From Firmicutes bacterium UBA4996 (GTDB lineage Bacteria > Bacillota > Limnochordia > Darwinibacteriales > Darwinibacteriaceae), in assembly GCA_002396805.1 (NCBI GenBank), contig DGYW01000058.1:45591-109590 (forward strand): a DNA stretch of 64,000 nt, given 5' to 3'. Position 1 is the first letter of the stretch. Each line of letters begins with the position of its first letter. The notes under the pieces are model-generated. The model saw only the letters and a list, made by a program, of their open reading frames with translations, made no database searches and was not told where the DNA came from. This document shows, in pieces, positions 22,017 through 32,551 of this stretch. The position numbers and the translations under genes are program-made.

Positions 22017-23684
22017 ATGGATACAAGTTCGAATACTCCGTCCAATTTTATTAGGGCCATTATTGATGAGGATTTAGCAACTGGTAAGCACAGGGAAATT
22101 GTGACGCGCTTTCCTCCAGAGCCCAACGGTTACTTGCATATTGGTCATGCTAAGTCCATCTGCCTAAACTTTGGATTGGCCAAAGATTATGAAGGTACCT
22201 GTCACTTGAGGTTTGATGATACTAATCCTGAGAAAGAAGAGATTGAATATATCAATAGCATTATTGAAGATGTACATTGGCTCGGTTTTGACTGGGGCGA
22301 GCATCTTTATTATGCTTCTGATTATTTTGAACAGCTCTATGGCTTTGCCGTAGAATTAATTAAGCAAGGTAAAGCCTATGTGTGTGATCTAAGTGCCGAA
22401 GAAATTAGGGAGTATCGAGGCACGCTTACCAAACCAGGTAAGAACAGTCCCTACCGCGATCGTTCAGTGGAAGAAAACTTGGATTTGTTCGCTCGGATGC
22501 GCGCAGGTGAATTTGAAGAAGGGTCCCGAGTGTTGAGGGCCAAGATTGATATGACCTCACCTAATGTAGTTATGCGCGACCCTGCTTTATATCGAATTCG
22601 TAAGGTAGAACATCATCGTACAGGTGATGAGTGGTGTATTTACCCCATGTATGACTTCACTCACTGTCTGTCAGATGCCATTGAAGGAATTACCCATTCG
22701 ATCTGTACCTTGGAATTTGAGAACAATCGGCCCCTCTATGAGTGGATTTTGGATCAAGTTTATCCAGAACCACATCCACAGCAAATCGAGTTTGCTCGAC
22801 TCAACTTGAGCTATACCATGATGAGCAAACGCAAGCTCTTAGATTTGGTAAATCGTGGAATTGTGCAAGGCTGGGATGACCCTAGAATGCCTACCATTTC
22901 GGGCCTTCGACGCCGAGGTTACACTCCCGCGTCTATCCGAGATTTCGCAGAACGGATCGGAGTTGCCAAGGCCAATAGTATTGTAGATGTTGCCCTTTTG
23001 GAACATTGTGTCCGGGAGGATCTAAATAAGACTGCTCCACGGACCATGGCGGTATTACGTCCCCTCAAGGTAGTTATTGAAAACTATCCAGAGGGTCAAG
23101 TGGAGGAACTTGAGGCAGCTAATAATCCTCAAGATCCGGATGCAGGGACTAGGAAAATTCCTTTCGCTCGGGAAATCTATATTGAGCAAGAAGACTTCAT
23201 GGAAGATCCACCGAAAAAGTTCTTTAGGCTAGCTCCAGGTCGTGAAGTACGCTTGCGGTTTGCTTATTTCATTACTTGTACTGATGTAATCAAGGATGAA
23301 GATGGCAACATTATTGAAATCCGCGCCACCTACGATCCAGAAACAAAAGGTGGATCTGCACCGGATGGACGTAAAGTTAAGGCTACTTTACATTGGGTAG
23401 CAGCTGAACAGTCATTGCCTGCAGAAGTAAGACTTTACGATCACCTTTTCACGAAGGAAGACCCCAATGAAGGGGATGTAGAGGAAAACCTCAATCCCAA
23501 TTCTCTGGAGACTTTAACGGAAGCCAGGGTTGAGCTTAATCTAGCCACAGTGGAGCCTGGAGATCGTTTTCAGTTCGAAAGGCAAGGTTACTTTTGTGTG
23601 GACCAAGATTCTACCAAAGATAAACTCGTTTTCAATCGTACCGTAGCTCTAAGGGACACTTGGGCTAAGGTGCAGAATCAATAA
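22017..23684 (+). CDS. glnS: glutaminyl-tRNA synthetase
   Basis: HIGH motif (HIGHAKS), KMSKS-type motif (MMSKRK) and a GlnRS-specific N-terminal region ([12 protein letters not shown]...[10 protein letters not shown]). Confidence 0.9.
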   Translation: MDTSSNTPSNFIRAIIDEDLATGKHREIVTRFPPEPNGYLHIGHAKSICLNFGLAKDYEGTCHLRFDDTNPEKEEIEYINSIIEDVHWLGFDWGEHLYYASDYFEQLYGFAVELIKQGKAYVCDLSAEEIREYRGTLTKPGKNSPYRDRSVEENLDLFARMRAGEFEEGSRVLRAKIDMTSPNVVMRDPALYRIRKVEHHRTGDEWCIYPMYDFTHCLSDAIEGITHSICTLEFENNRPLYEWILDQVYPEPHPQQIEFARLNLSYTMMSKRKLLDLVNRGIVQGWDDPRMPTISGLRRRGYTPASIRDFAERIGVAKANSIVDVALLEHCVREDLNKTAPRTMAVLRPLKVVIENYPEGQVEELEAANNPQDPDAGTRKIPFAREIYIEQEDFMEDPPKKFFRLAPGREVRLRFAYFITCTDVIKDEDGNIIEIRATYDPETKGGSAPDGRKVKATLHWVAAEQSLPAEVRLYDHLFTKEDPNEGDVEENLNPNSLETLTEARVELNLATVEPGDRFQFERQGYFCVDQDSTKDKLVFNRTVALRDTWAKVQNQ

Positions 23685-23685
23685 A

Positions 23686-23724
23686 AGACAAAAAAGGGAC
23701 GCCTTGCGGGCATCCCTTTTATTT
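23686..23724. terminator. bidirectional rho-independent terminator between glnS and luxS
   Basis: Hairpin GGGACGCC-TTGC-GGGCATCCC, flanked by an A-run on one side and a T-run on the other. Confidence 0.6.
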
Positions 23725-23725
23725 A

Positions 23726-24178
23726 TCATGCGTATTTTTCCCTGAGTCCTTGTAACACTTCTCTGGCGTATTCCTGCGCCCCAAAGAGTGACATATCCCG
23801 ATAGTTGCCGCATTGAGTCGCATTCGCCGCGGGAACCGTTTCTGCTTGTACCACCTTTTCTAGCGCCTTGACTAAGGCCTGAGCGATTAGGTCTGTACTA
23901 CCGTGTCCGAGTCGAATTAAATAAAATCCGGTGCGACAACCCATAGGTGAGAGATCGATGATCCCTTCTAACTCCTTCCGCATTAATCCTGCCAACAGAT
24001 GCTCTAGTGCGTGGACAGCACCGGTTGGCATTATCTCCTGATTGGGCTGGGTAAAACGCAAATCATATTTTTCAATCAAATCGTTTTGGGGAGTCCGAAA
24101 GGTCTCAGCCAATCGGACGTGGGGTGCCTTTACTGTGGTGTGGTCAAGAGAAAAACTCTCCACTTGTACTGTCTTCAT
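23726..24178 (-). CDS. luxS: S-ribosylhomocysteine lyase
   Basis: Metal-binding motif HALEHL in a 150-aa protein. Confidence 0.9.
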   Translation of the reverse strand: MKTVQVESFSLDHTTVKAPHVRLAETFRTPQNDLIEKYDLRFTQPNQEIMPTGAVHALEHLLAGLMRKELEGIIDLSPMGCRTGFYLIRLGHGSTDLIAQALVKALEKVVQAETVPAANATQCGNYRDMSLFGAQEYAREVLQGLREKYA

Positions 24179-24194
24179 CTAGTCTCCTCCTATT

Positions 24195-24866
24195 TCAGTT
24201 TACAATTGAACTCAGTTCTTTTAATAGTCCCTCGATAGAGGCGCCACTGGCCCTCTGAGCTAAGGTCTCGGCAGGTGTGAGCTTTTTTTGCCAATAAACT
24301 TGGTTAGCATTCACATTATTGTCTAGAATGGCACCTTCAAAGGAAGCTCCTACAAAAGCCCCTTTACTTAGGGAGTAACTGTATATGGCGGCTTTCAGAT
24401 TCAGATCTGTTCCCGCTTCTGCCGAACGACCAATAGGTCCTGCTGCGATAGAAAGATTGCCACCTAGCGTAATTTTTCCTTCCTGTAAGCTTTCCATTCC
24501 TCGCTCACTAGCCATAACTAAGATGAGGGCAGTTGACTGAATCCCAATTTGAAATCCATAGGAGAGCCCTTTCATTGTTACAAAATAAGGGCCATACCAA
24601 GCCTTGCTAGTTTCATCATACTGAAGAATTAATCCCTCACCATAGCGACCCCCTACACCAATTCCCGCTTTGATCACCGAGGGAAAAATGGCCACACCAT
24701 GAGCCTTCTTTAGCATGGCGTACAGTTGTTCAGAGTCAGGCTGTTCAGCGATTTCTCTGAACACCAATATTGCATCGCTCACAAGTTCATCAGGCAGTCT
24801 TGACGCAGAAACAGGTATACTAAACAGACTAAGCAGTAGCAACACTACTAGTAGATGTTTCTTCAT
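24195..24866 (-). CDS. SYLF/Ysc84-domain lipid-binding lipoprotein
   Basis: Signal peptide with an Ala-Ser cleavage site, and SYLF(DUF500)-like repeats (GIGVGGRYGEG). Confidence 0.5.
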   Translation of the reverse strand: MKKHLLVVLLLLSLFSIPVSASRLPDELVSDAILVFREIAEQPDSEQLYAMLKKAHGVAIFPSVIKAGIGVGGRYGEGLILQYDETSKAWYGPYFVTMKGLSYGFQIGIQSTALILVMASERGMESLQEGKITLGGNLSIAAGPIGRSAEAGTDLNLKAAIYSYSLSKGAFVGASFEGAILDNNVNANQVYWQKKLTPAETLAQRASGASIEGLLKELSSIVN

Positions 24867-24921
24867 TGTCCGTTCCTCCTCGTTTTATCCTAGGTCACAT
24901 TTGTTTTAGGCCGACCCTTCC

Positions 24922-25695
24922 TTGAATATGAATGGAAAGGAAAGGGAGGGCGAAGGAATGTCCCGTTGGTATATTATTATTCTACCAAAAAAACTCGGTT
25001 GGTCGTTCTTAATTTTATGTTGCTGTTTGATTCTATTGGCGTGGAATCAAGCACAGCCTTTGGTGCTATTTACTTTAGGGTTAGCTAGTAGCGACATCAT
25101 TTACGACATTATGCTCGATCCTGGTCATGGTGGTATTGATCCCGGTGCAATTGGCCAAGGTGATCTCTACGAGAAATACTATGTGCTTGACATTGTTCTT
25201 CAAATGGAGAAGATCCTGACAGCCAAAGGCCTAAAAGTTGGACTCACCAGGGATCACGATCGCGATGTTAGCCATCTGGTAGATGAAGGTACCCGTCATC
25301 GCCGGGATCTGTTGGGGCGGTTTAAGCTCATGAACCAGGCGAGGGTGGGTATTAGCATTCACGCTAATGCCACCAAGGATCCTAAAGAATCGGGTGCCAT
25401 CGTTTTCTACCAAGAGGGTAATTATCTTGATCGGATCTACGCTCAAATAGTCTTAGAAGAGCTAGAACGGGTCCAGGTCTTGAACGAGCGGCGAGTCATT
25501 CCTAGGACCACTTTACTCTTGCTAAAGGCCAAACCACCTGTCTTGTTGGTGGAGGTAGGATTCATGTCAAATCCTGCTGACTTGGCTAAGCTAGGGGATC
25601 CTCAGTTTCGAACAAGTGTGGCTCAGGCCCTTAGTGCTGGAATTCTAAACTTCATAAGTTGGCGTTCTGGGGAACAAAGTGAACCTAATCCTTAA
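24922..25695 (+). CDS. cwlD: N-acetylmuramoyl-L-alanine amidase, CwlD-like (sporulation amidase)
   Basis: Amidase_3 motif MLDPGHGGIDPGA behind an N-terminal TM anchor. Confidence 0.75.
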   Translation: MNMNGKEREGEGMSRWYIIILPKKLGWSFLILCCCLILLAWNQAQPLVLFTLGLASSDIIYDIMLDPGHGGIDPGAIGQGDLYEKYYVLDIVLQMEKILTAKGLKVGLTRDHDRDVSHLVDEGTRHRRDLLGRFKLMNQARVGISIHANATKDPKESGAIVFYQEGNYLDRIYAQIVLEELERVQVLNERRVIPRTTLLLLKAKPPVLLVEVGFMSNPADLAKLGDPQFRTSVAQALSAGILNFISWRSGEQSEPNP

Positions 25696-26419
25696 GGAGG
25701 CTCACCAATTTCGAAATTACTCCGTTCAAAGTTGGGATAATCTCTAAGAGATAGGCGTCGAAGTCATCTGGGGCAGTATTGTCTGCTTGGTCCGAAATAG
25801 CCCTCACGATCACATGGGGAACTTGATTAAGCCAAGCTACGTGTGCAATGGCCGCCCCCTCCATTTCTACGCAGGTAGCAGCAGGAAATGACTCTAGAAT
25901 ACGTTGTTTCTGGTCTAGTGAAGAGACAAACTGATCACCGGAAACAACAAGGCCCTGATGAACATTGGACGGCCCCACTTGGCTTTGGGCTGCAGTGGTG
26001 GCTAGGTTTACCAATCTGGAATCTCCCTTAAATATACTAGTTTCTAAACGAGGAATAGTACCCTGAGGGTAGCCAAAGTTATTTACATCAAAGTCATGTT
26101 GCATAGCACTGTGCCCAATGACAATTTGGCCTATTTTAACTTCGGGGCTAAGGCCGCCAGCTACACCGGAATTAATGACCGCTGTTAGGAAAAAATGATC
26201 AAGTAGATATTGGGTGGCAAGGGCAGCGTTAACTTTACCAATGCCACACCTGGCAATTACCACCGCTTCTCCATTGAGCTTCCCAGTAAAAATAGGAAGA
26301 TCAGAGAAAGGGGTGCCATGCTCTTGCAACTCCGTTAATGCTTGTCTTAATGCCATTACTTCTTCTTCCATAGCCCCAATGATCCCTATTCGTTCCGTTC
26401 TCGTTTTCATATTAGTCAC
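25685..26419 (-). CDS. mtnN: 5'-methylthioadenosine/S-adenosylhomocysteine nucleosidase
   Basis: N-terminus IGIIGAMEEEV and a PNP/UDP fold in a 244-aa protein. Confidence 0.85.
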   Translation of the reverse strand: MTNMKTRTERIGIIGAMEEEVMALRQALTELQEHGTPFSDLPIFTGKLNGEAVVIARCGIGKVNAALATQYLLDHFFLTAVINSGVAGGLSPEVKIGQIVIGHSAMQHDFDVNNFGYPQGTIPRLETSIFKGDSRLVNLATTAAQSQVGPSNVHQGLVVSGDQFVSSLDQKQRILESFPAATCVEMEGAAIAHVAWLNQVPHVIVRAISDQADNTAPDDFDAYLLEIIPTLNGVISKLVSLLKD

Positions 26420-26529
26420 CTCTTTGTACAGTCTATCACAGGCAAAAGCTGGGTGTAAAGGCAGGTAAGAGCAGAGTGTTGTCGTATTCTATAATAACAA
26501 TTGTTTGGCAAAGGAGCTGTCTTTAGATC

Positions 26530-27879
26530 ATGAAACAATTGACGTTCGATTACAAATATGCATCACAGTTTGTAGATTCTAGAGAGTTAGAGGCGTTGGT
26601 ACCGGTTGTCGAGTTAGCCCATGAGCAATTGCATTCGGGCAGTGGTTTGGGTAACGATTACCTCGGTTGGATTGACTTGCCCGTAAACTATGATCAAGTG
26701 GAGTTTGCCGCAGTGAAAGAGGCTGCTCAACGGATTCAGGCAAATTCAGAGATCTTGATTGTAATTGGCATAGGTGGCTCCTATCTCGGAGCCCGGGCGG
26801 CCATTGAAATGCTCTCCCATTCGTTTTACAATTTACTGCCTGCCCAAGAACGAAAGACTCCTCAGATCTTCTTTGTGGGTCATGCTATTAGTAGTACCTA
26901 TTTACAGGATTTGCTGGAATTAGTTGGAGAGCGAGACTTTTCCGTAAACGTAATCTCCAAATCCGGAACCACAACAGAACCGGCCATTGCTTTTCGTGCC
27001 TTTAAAGCCTTACTGGAAGAAAAGTATGGTGTAGAAGGTGCTAAAGAGAGGATTTATGCTACCACTGATGCCAGTCGGGGAGCCCTCAAGGAGATGGCTG
27101 ATGCCCAAGGATATATGAGTTTTGTGATACCTGATGATGTGGGGGGGCGATATTCGGTTCTAACTCCTGTGGGACTACTGCCCATGGCAGTGGCGGGGAT
27201 TGACATCGAAGCCATGATGGATGGAGCCGCCGCTGCTCGAAAATGGTATGGATCACCTTCCCTTGATGCAAATCCAGCCTATCAATATGGGGCCTTGCGT
27301 AATATTCTCTACCGCAAGGGCAAGACTACTGAGATTTTGGTGAATTATGAACCATCTCTGCAGTATTTTAATGAATGGTGGAAGCAGCTCTTTGGGGAGA
27401 GTGAAGGTAAGGATCAAAAAGGAATCTTCCCAGCTAGTGTCAACTTTACCACGGATCTTCACTCTATGGGGCAGTTCATTCAAGATGGAACACGCAACAT
27501 TTTCGCCACAACTCTGTGGGTTACTCAGATGCACAAGCAATACATGATTCCAGAGACTGCAGAAGATTTGGATGGTCTTAATTATTTGGCGGGACAAAGC
27601 CTAGATACTGTTAATTACCAGGCATTCCAAGGCACAATTTTGGCCCATACCGATGGCGGAGTACCTAATTTGGTTGTGGAAATTCCTGCGCTGTCGCCTT
27701 TCTATTTTGGTTCTCTTGTCTATTTCTTTGAGAAGGCTTGTGCCGTGAGTGGCTATCTCTTAGGGGTTAACCCCTTTGATCAGCCTGGAGTGGAAGCTTA
27801 TAAGAGCAATATGTTCGCCCTCTTAGGTAAGCCTGGGTTTGAGGAACAACAAAAGGAACTGCAGCAACGTTTAAAGTAA
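26530..27879 (+). CDS. pgi: glucose-6-phosphate isomerase
   Basis: Bacillus-type PGI of 449 aa with conserved SIS motifs. Confidence 0.9.
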   Translation: MKQLTFDYKYASQFVDSRELEALVPVVELAHEQLHSGSGLGNDYLGWIDLPVNYDQVEFAAVKEAAQRIQANSEILIVIGIGGSYLGARAAIEMLSHSFYNLLPAQERKTPQIFFVGHAISSTYLQDLLELVGERDFSVNVISKSGTTTEPAIAFRAFKALLEEKYGVEGAKERIYATTDASRGALKEMADAQGYMSFVIPDDVGGRYSVLTPVGLLPMAVAGIDIEAMMDGAAAARKWYGSPSLDANPAYQYGALRNILYRKGKTTEILVNYEPSLQYFNEWWKQLFGESEGKDQKGIFPASVNFTTDLHSMGQFIQDGTRNIFATTLWVTQMHKQYMIPETAEDLDGLNYLAGQSLDTVNYQAFQGTILAHTDGGVPNLVVEIPALSPFYFGSLVYFFEKACAVSGYLLGVNPFDQPGVEAYKSNMFALLGKPGFEEQQKELQQRLK

Positions 27880-27891
27880 GGGGGCAGAAGG

Positions 27892-28842
27892 GTGAAACCA
27901 AAATTATATCCACTGACTTTTGAACCTATTTATAAGGACAAGATTTGGGGAGGTAGGATTCTGGAGGAATTGTTAGGCCGAGAGCTACCTCCAGGTGCGA
28001 TTGGGGAGAGCTGGGATGTGGCGGCCCATCCCCATGGCATGAGCGTGGTGGAGCGGGGTCCCTTAGCTGGACAAACATTAGAAGAATTAGTGAAGATCTA
28101 CGGAGCAGAATTGCTCGGTTGCAAAGGAGTGAACGATCAGGAGGCCTTTCCTCTGCTCCTGAAGTTTATTGATGCCAAGCAAGATCTCTCAGTCCAGGTC
28201 CATCCCGCTGATGACTATGTGCGCAACCTGGGGCAAGAGGCTTGGGGTAAAACTGAAATGTGGTACATCGTCCATAGCGAGCCTGGATCTTGGATCATCT
28301 GGGGACTACGTCCAGGGGTTACTAAAGAGGAATTTGCCACAGCGATTAAAAAGGGTGGCGAAGCGATTCTGGCGTGCTTGAACAAAGTCCAGGTTCAACC
28401 GGGAGAACTGTACCCTATTTCCTCTGGCTTAGTTCATGCGTTGGGGGCAGGGGTAGTGGTAGCTGAAATCCAGCAAAATTCCGACACTACTTATCGAGTG
28501 TATGACTGGGAACGCCTAGATGATCAAGGAAAACCGCGAGATTTGCATGTGGAGCAAGCTTTGGATGTGATTGATTTTTCTCTACAGGCCTTAGATATGT
28601 CTTATCAATTTGGCCGTTGTGAAGAGCACTTCAAACTTAATGTTCTACACCAACCGAGTAAAGTGGTTTTAGAGCTCGGGGATGGTTTTCAAATTCTCAC
28701 GGCCTTGCAAGGAGCCGCTCAGATTACCTATGATGGTCAGTTTCTCACTCTACTTAGTGGGCAATCTTGTCTCTTGCCTGCGAGTCTAGGCCGCTGTGAA
28801 CTGAGTGCTCAAGGTGTGGTTTTACAAAGCACCTTACCTTAA
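27892..28842 (+). CDS. manA: mannose-6-phosphate isomerase, class I
   Basis: The cupin PMI N-terminus (YPLTFEPIYKDKIWGG) and zinc ligand region resemble B. subtilis ManA. Confidence 0.85.
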   Translation: MKPKLYPLTFEPIYKDKIWGGRILEELLGRELPPGAIGESWDVAAHPHGMSVVERGPLAGQTLEELVKIYGAELLGCKGVNDQEAFPLLLKFIDAKQDLSVQVHPADDYVRNLGQEAWGKTEMWYIVHSEPGSWIIWGLRPGVTKEEFATAIKKGGEAILACLNKVQVQPGELYPISSGLVHALGAGVVVAEIQQNSDTTYRVYDWERLDDQGKPRDLHVEQALDVIDFSLQALDMSYQFGRCEEHFKLNVLHQPSKVVLELGDGFQILTALQGAAQITYDGQFLTLLSGQSCLLPASLGRCELSAQGVVLQSTLP

Positions 28843-28856
28843 AGCGAGGTGAAAGC

Positions 28857-29357
28857 ATGTGGCAGAATAATCTGCTAATCTTTGTACCTTTAATGGTCAT
28901 CTGTCTTGAACTACTCTTGCCAAGTTTGGAAAACGCTGGTAGGAGGGTGATTGTTTCTTTAGTGGTTATTAGCTTTTGGACCGCTCTTAGATCTCACCAA
29001 CAGGATTGGAGGAGAGTTACTCTAGCTTCTCTCACGAGTTTAGTTGGAGCGGTGATCACCTTTGTCTTAGCTACTCGGTTCCAATTAGGTCCGATGGTTG
29101 CCTCCGGTCTGGTTGGCGTAGTAGGCGGCCGGCTCTTGCCCGAAGACAGGCAACTTCAGCTTTACTTAGGTGCTTTTGTTGGTATGAGTTCGGCTGTGCG
29201 CTTTCCTCATTTCGCCCACCTAGTCTTGGCGGGCGCCCTAGGCGGATTGTTGTGGGAGTTGCTCGAAGCTAGTTGGAGTGGGGTAGGTGGACGTCTTGGG
29301 ACCTTGGCTGCCAGTGCAGTACTAATCGTCTTGCTCTTGAGTGGAGGTGGTTGGTAA
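28857..29357 (+). CDS. small integral membrane protein. It is a paralog of the next gene.
   Basis: Hydrophobic TM segments. It shares the C-terminal motif G(V/I)GGRLGT(L/F)AA with the adjacent ORF. Confidence 0.5.
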   Translation: MWQNNLLIFVPLMVICLELLLPSLENAGRRVIVSLVVISFWTALRSHQQDWRRVTLASLTSLVGAVITFVLATRFQLGPMVASGLVGVVGGRLLPEDRQLQLYLGAFVGMSSAVRFPHFAHLVLAGALGGLLWELLEASWSGVGGRLGTLAASAVLIVLLLSGGGW

Positions 29358-29380
29358 TCATAGCGGTTCTTGGAGTGGTG

Positions 29381-29758
29381 ATGGGGATTTTAGTTGGATT
29401 GGTTGGATTTTGGCTGAGGCAGAACACTAAGCTGTCTATTGTAGAAATATCCGCCTGGTTGACTTTAGGAGCAGGTCTGATCCTACCCCGTTTGGGTTCT
29501 GATGGTTTCTTATTAGGATTAATTTGCACTAGTGTTTCTTATGTGGTAATGTCAAGTAGAGAGCGAATTTCTACCCGAAAAGAGATGGTCATTGTGAGCG
29601 CGACATGTGCTCTAGTGGTATACTATGGCCAGAATGTTTTGGTGGGGATAGGTGGTCGCCTAGGTACCTTTGCGGCCCTCTCGGTATTGTTCTTTAATTT
29701 GGCAAGAGATTACTTAAAACGGAGGTATGATCATGATTACGGTAACCACTACAGCTGA
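29381..29758 (+). CDS. small integral membrane protein, paralog of the previous gene. The start is uncertain: the ORF is open from 29273.
   Basis: Hydrophobic segments and the repeated motif GIGGRLGTFAAL. Confidence 0.45.
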   Translation: MGILVGLVGFWLRQNTKLSIVEISAWLTLGAGLILPRLGSDGFLLGLICTSVSYVVMSSRERISTRKEMVIVSATCALVVYYGQNVLVGIGGRLGTFAALSVLFFNLARDYLKRRYDHDYGNHYS

Positions 29759-30026
29759 ACAGAAGCTGAAGGAAATGTTGGCAGAATCCGAAACAGACTC
29801 TATGGTTAGGCTGTTCGTCGGAGGCTTTGGTTGAGGAGGCCCCAGCTTTGGAATGTCTCTGGAAGAGACAGAAGAGTTAGGTGACACCGTCGTTGAGGTG
29901 GAGGGAATCCGCTTTGTTTTAGATCCTCAGGCTTTCAAGTACGCCGAAGGGGCCACAGTAGATTATCGACAATCAATTTTTGGTAAGGGGTTCACGGTAA
30001 AGACAAGTCTAGGAGGAAATTGCTAA
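29733..30026 (+). CDS. HesB/IscA-like Fe-S assembly protein with an in-frame TGA at 29832..29834, a candidate selenocysteine codon. The ORF track missed it.
   Basis: RBS GGAGGT lies 6 nt before the ATG. IscA-like homology continues in frame on both sides of the TGA (..VRLFVGGFG[U]GGPSFGMSLEE..DTVVEVEGIRFVLDPQAFKYAEGATVDY..GKGFTVKT). The TGA falls at the conserved Cys of the GGGCSGF motif. A small hairpin (GTCTCT-GGA-AGAGAC, 29855..29869) lies 20 nt downstream. Confidence 0.65.
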
Positions 30027-30039
30027 GGAGACAGGTATT

Positions 30040-30948
30040 ATGAACAAACGTTTGTCCGGATTCGTGTTGATTAGTGGACTAGTGTTGTTCTACTTAGTGG
30101 GGGCGGTGGCTTGCGTTCAAGCCACCGAACTCAAGGTAGTGACCACTTTTTCTATATTAGAGGATTTTGTTCGTCAAGTAGGGGGAGAAAGGGTTGAAGT
30201 CAGATCGCTAATTCCTGTAGGTGCAGACCCCCATTCCTGGGAACCCACGCCCAAAGAGGCTCGCCTGGTTGCCCAAGCGGACCTTTTAGTCGCTAATGGG
30301 GGAGGTTTCGACCAATGGTTGGTGGATTTACAGAAAAGCGCAGCGAGACCTGGTGTACCAATGGTTTACGCCTCCCAGGGGCTTCTGGTCTTAGAGCACG
30401 ATCACGATAATGACCATGAACATCATCATGGTGGGGATCCCCATTTCTGGTTAAGTGTGCCTAACGCCATCTATTATGTGGAGCGTATTACTGACGCGCT
30501 TGTGGCACTAGTCCCAGAGGATGGACCGTATTTTCTTGCCCGTTCGCAGGCTTATCTTGCGGAGTTAGCACAGCTCGACAAGGATATCTTATCACAGCTT
30601 CAGCAGATACCGCCTGAAAATCGCGTGATCGTCACGTATCATAATGCCTTCAGTTATTTGGCAGAACGTTATGGATTCAGTGTTATGGAATTTCTTGTAG
30701 AGAATCCTGAAGCGGAGCCTTCTCCTAGAGATTTAGGTCGCTTAGTTCAGGTCTTGAAGCAACAACCCAATCCGGTTATTTTTACTGAGCCCCAGCTGAA
30801 TATTAGTAACCGTTATGTGCAAACCCTGGCTGCTGAAATTCAAGGCAAGGTCTATGTGTTATATAGTGACAGCTTGAGTAGTACCATTACCACTTATGTA
30901 GAAATGATGGAACACAACGCCCAAACCCTAGTGGAGGCTTTGCGATAA
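30040..30948 (+). CDS. znuA: zinc ABC transporter substrate-binding lipoprotein (ZnuA-like)
   Basis: Signal peptide and a His-rich loop (HDHDNDHEHHHGGDPHFW) typical of ZnuA. Confidence 0.8.
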   Translation: MNKRLSGFVLISGLVLFYLVGAVACVQATELKVVTTFSILEDFVRQVGGERVEVRSLIPVGADPHSWEPTPKEARLVAQADLLVANGGGFDQWLVDLQKSAARPGVPMVYASQGLLVLEHDHDNDHEHHHGGDPHFWLSVPNAIYYVERITDALVALVPEDGPYFLARSQAYLAELAQLDKDILSQLQQIPPENRVIVTYHNAFSYLAERYGFSVMEFLVENPEAEPSPRDLGRLVQVLKQQPNPVIFTEPQLNISNRYVQTLAAEIQGKVYVLYSDSLSSTITTYVEMMEHNAQTLVEALR

Positions 30949-31718
30949 TGGTAGATAAAGATGGTTTAGCCCTAGAAGTGTCTGGCCTTACGACGGGTTA
31001 TCAAGGAAAGGTAGTACTTCGAGACGTCACTTGGGAAGTGCCTAGGGGCACTCTAGCCGCGATCATTGGTCCCAATGGGGGCGGTAAATCTACATTTCTA
31101 AAAACTGTAGTTGGTTTGTTAAAGCCTATGGGGTTTGACAAATTAGAGCTTTTGGGACTACCGCCTAGGCGGGGGCGAAGAAAGGCCGCCTACTTGCCTC
31201 AGCAAGAAGAGGTCGACTGGACGTTTCCGATTACAGTTTTAGACGTTGTTTTGCAGGGGCGTTTGGTCTCTCAGGGTATCTGGGGACGCTATTCTAGGGA
31301 AGACTATCGCCGTAGTCTTGACGCTCTTGATGCATTGAGTATGTCGAAGTATGGGCACACCCAAATAGGCTCTCTAAGCGGTGGCCAACGCCAACGGGTG
31401 TTTTTAGCTCGCGCCTTGGCACAAGAGGCTGACCTGATTCTGCTCGACGAACCTTCCACTGGATTAGATGCGCAAGCCCAACATGAGTTGGCTGAGATTT
31501 TTCAGAATTTGGGTGACGCCGGAAAGACAATTGTCGCGGCCACCCACGACATTAATTGCCTCACAGAATGCTTTGATCATATTCTCGCCTTAGACGGACA
31601 AGTGTTAGCTCAAGGGACACCTGAACAGGTCCTTACGGAAGCGAACATGATCCAGCTTTTTGCACGTCATTTTCCTAAGATTGGTGCTAGTGGGGAGGTT
31701 ACGGTACATGACTCTTGA
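30948..31718 (+). CDS. znuC: zinc ABC transporter ATP-binding protein
   Basis: Walker A GPNGGGKST, signature LSGGQRQRV and Walker B LLDEPS. Confidence 0.8.
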   Translation: MVDKDGLALEVSGLTTGYQGKVVLRDVTWEVPRGTLAAIIGPNGGGKSTFLKTVVGLLKPMGFDKLELLGLPPRRGRRKAAYLPQQEEVDWTFPITVLDVVLQGRLVSQGIWGRYSREDYRRSLDALDALSMSKYGHTQIGSLSGGQRQRVFLARALAQEADLILLDEPSTGLDAQAQHELAEIFQNLGDAGKTIVAATHDINCLTECFDHILALDGQVLAQGTPEQVLTEANMIQLFARHFPKIGASGEVTVHDS

Positions 31719-32541
31719 GATGTTTCTAGAACCTTTCCAGTATTCTTTTATGGTTCGGGCTTTTGTAGGGACAGGCCTTGTTGCAGTAATTACCGCGGCT
31801 GTTGGCACCTTTGTGGTTTTAAGAGGTCTAGCCTTCTTAGGTGATGCCATTGCTCATACCTCTTTTACTGGGATTGCTCTCGCCCTACTATTGGGGATTA
31901 GTGTATATTTTGGAGCCTTGTTTTTTGCGATTTTAACTGCCTTGGGGGTGGTTTTTCTCACACGGGTCTCTCCAGTTAAGGACGATACGGCCTTGGCCAT
32001 CCTATTCACGGGGGTATTTGCCCTGGGCATTGTGATTCTGTCTGTCTCTCCAGGATTTGCCGGTGATTTGAGCAGTCTTTTGTTAGGGTCTGTCATGGGG
32101 ATCCAGACCGATGAGATCTGGATCATGGCGACTGTTGCCCTGGCTTTGGCCTTGATTTTGCTTCTCTGTTTCGAACGTTTCGTGTTTGTTTCCTTCGATC
32201 CTATTGGAGCTGAAGCAGCTGGGTTCCCTGTGGCTTTCTTTCAAGGTCTTCTTTTGGTAATAATTGCAGTGGCTATCGTCATAGCCATCCAGGCAGTCGG
32301 CGTTGTGTTAGTTGTCTCGTTGTTGATCACTCCAGCGGCGACCGCTAGCCTTATAACTAAGCGGATTAAATCGCTGTTGGGATTATCTTCAGTCCTCGGC
32401 TTGTTTGCTTCTTTCATTGGGCTTTACCTTTCTTACTTTTGGGGAGCACCACCAGGCGCCACAATAGTACTGGTAGCGACAGCAATTTTCGGGGTGGTCT
32501 TGGGAGTGCAAAAACTGATTGGCATATTTCGCCTAAGCTAG
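31708..32541 (+). CDS. znuB: zinc ABC transporter permease (start set at ATG 31708)
   Basis: ABC-3 family permease with about 8 TM segments. RBS GGGGAGG lies upstream. Confidence 0.75.
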   Translation: MTLEMFLEPFQYSFMVRAFVGTGLVAVITAAVGTFVVLRGLAFLGDAIAHTSFTGIALALLLGISVYFGALFFAILTALGVVFLTRVSPVKDDTALAILFTGVFALGIVILSVSPGFAGDLSSLLLGSVMGIQTDEIWIMATVALALALILLLCFERFVFVSFDPIGAEAAGFPVAFFQGLLLVIIAVAIVIAIQAVGVVLVVSLLITPAATASLITKRIKSLLGLSSVLGLFASFIGLYLSYFWGAPPGATIVLVATAIFGVVLGVQKLIGIFRLS

Positions 32542-32551
32542 TGAAATACTA

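Noticed and set aside
29733-30026. Reading the HesB-like region as two unrelated small ORFs or a pseudogene
   Set aside because: Homology to IscA/HesB continues in the same frame across the single TGA. The TGA replaces the conserved Cys, and HesB-like Sec proteins are a known family. Confirmation needs the Sec machinery, which is not visible in this window.
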